Shown here: positions 34,712-34,716 of the stretch, one piece after another | How the letters are laid out: every line of letters starts with the position of its first letter | How positions within the stretch are numbered: position 1 is the stretch's first letter | Source of the DNA: Candidatus Woesearchaeota archaeon | Lineage (GTDB): Archaea > Nanobdellota > Nanobdellia > SCGC-AAA011-G17 > GW2011-AR18 | Assembly: GCA_018302765.1 (NCBI GenBank) | Contig: JAGVZG010000024.1 | Location: 1-34,716 of the forward strand | DNA: 34,716 bases | Reading direction: 5' to 3' | The notes under the pieces: generated by a model | What the model saw: the letters and a program-made list of their open reading frames with translations, nothing else | Database searches by the model: none | What the model was told of the DNA's origin: nothing | Position numbers and translations under genes: made by a program

Positions 34712-34716
34712 TCAAC

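Noticed and set aside
1-34716. CRISPR array, rRNA, transposase, reverse transcriptase or prophage genes
   Set aside because: No regularly spaced repeats, rRNA-like sequence or matching protein motifs were seen.

Overview
Low-GC archaeal chromosome segment, most consistent with a DPANN lineage such as Woesearchaeota (inferred from the archaeal informational genes aRF1, eS19, eL39, eL31, Cbf5, Hjc, MBF1 and histone, plus a class II LysRS, a class III signal-peptide pilin and almost no biosynthetic genes). From 1 to about 14.6 kb all genes are on the minus strand: valS, an intein-split aRF1, scpB, a glycosylation module (two GT-C membrane proteins, a processive GT2 and an anchored thioredoxin-like protein), mbf1, a beta-helix surface protein, a METTL5-like methyltransferase and a Cys-rich secreted protein cut by the left edge. 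Then come tRNA-Phe, a surface-protein cluster, a ribosomal protein cluster, cbf5, a HerA-like ATPase, RNA-modification genes, lysS, a histone and hjc. The main oddities are: (1) aRF1 reads GGW instead of the universal GGQ and has a 422-aa LAGLIDADG intein inserted exactly at that loop; (2) tRNA-Phe(GAA) carries an 18-nt D-loop intron at 18/19 with a clean bulge-helix-bulge; (3) a gene whose GC-rich 3' end looks like a DGR variable region, with no RT or template repeat in the window; (4) two intergenic inverted-repeat elements flanked by short direct repeats; (5) a truncated-alpha3 histone and eL39, both missed by the ORF track. No CRISPR array, rRNA, integrase or transposase was seen. Family assignments come from motif recognition only; no searches were run.
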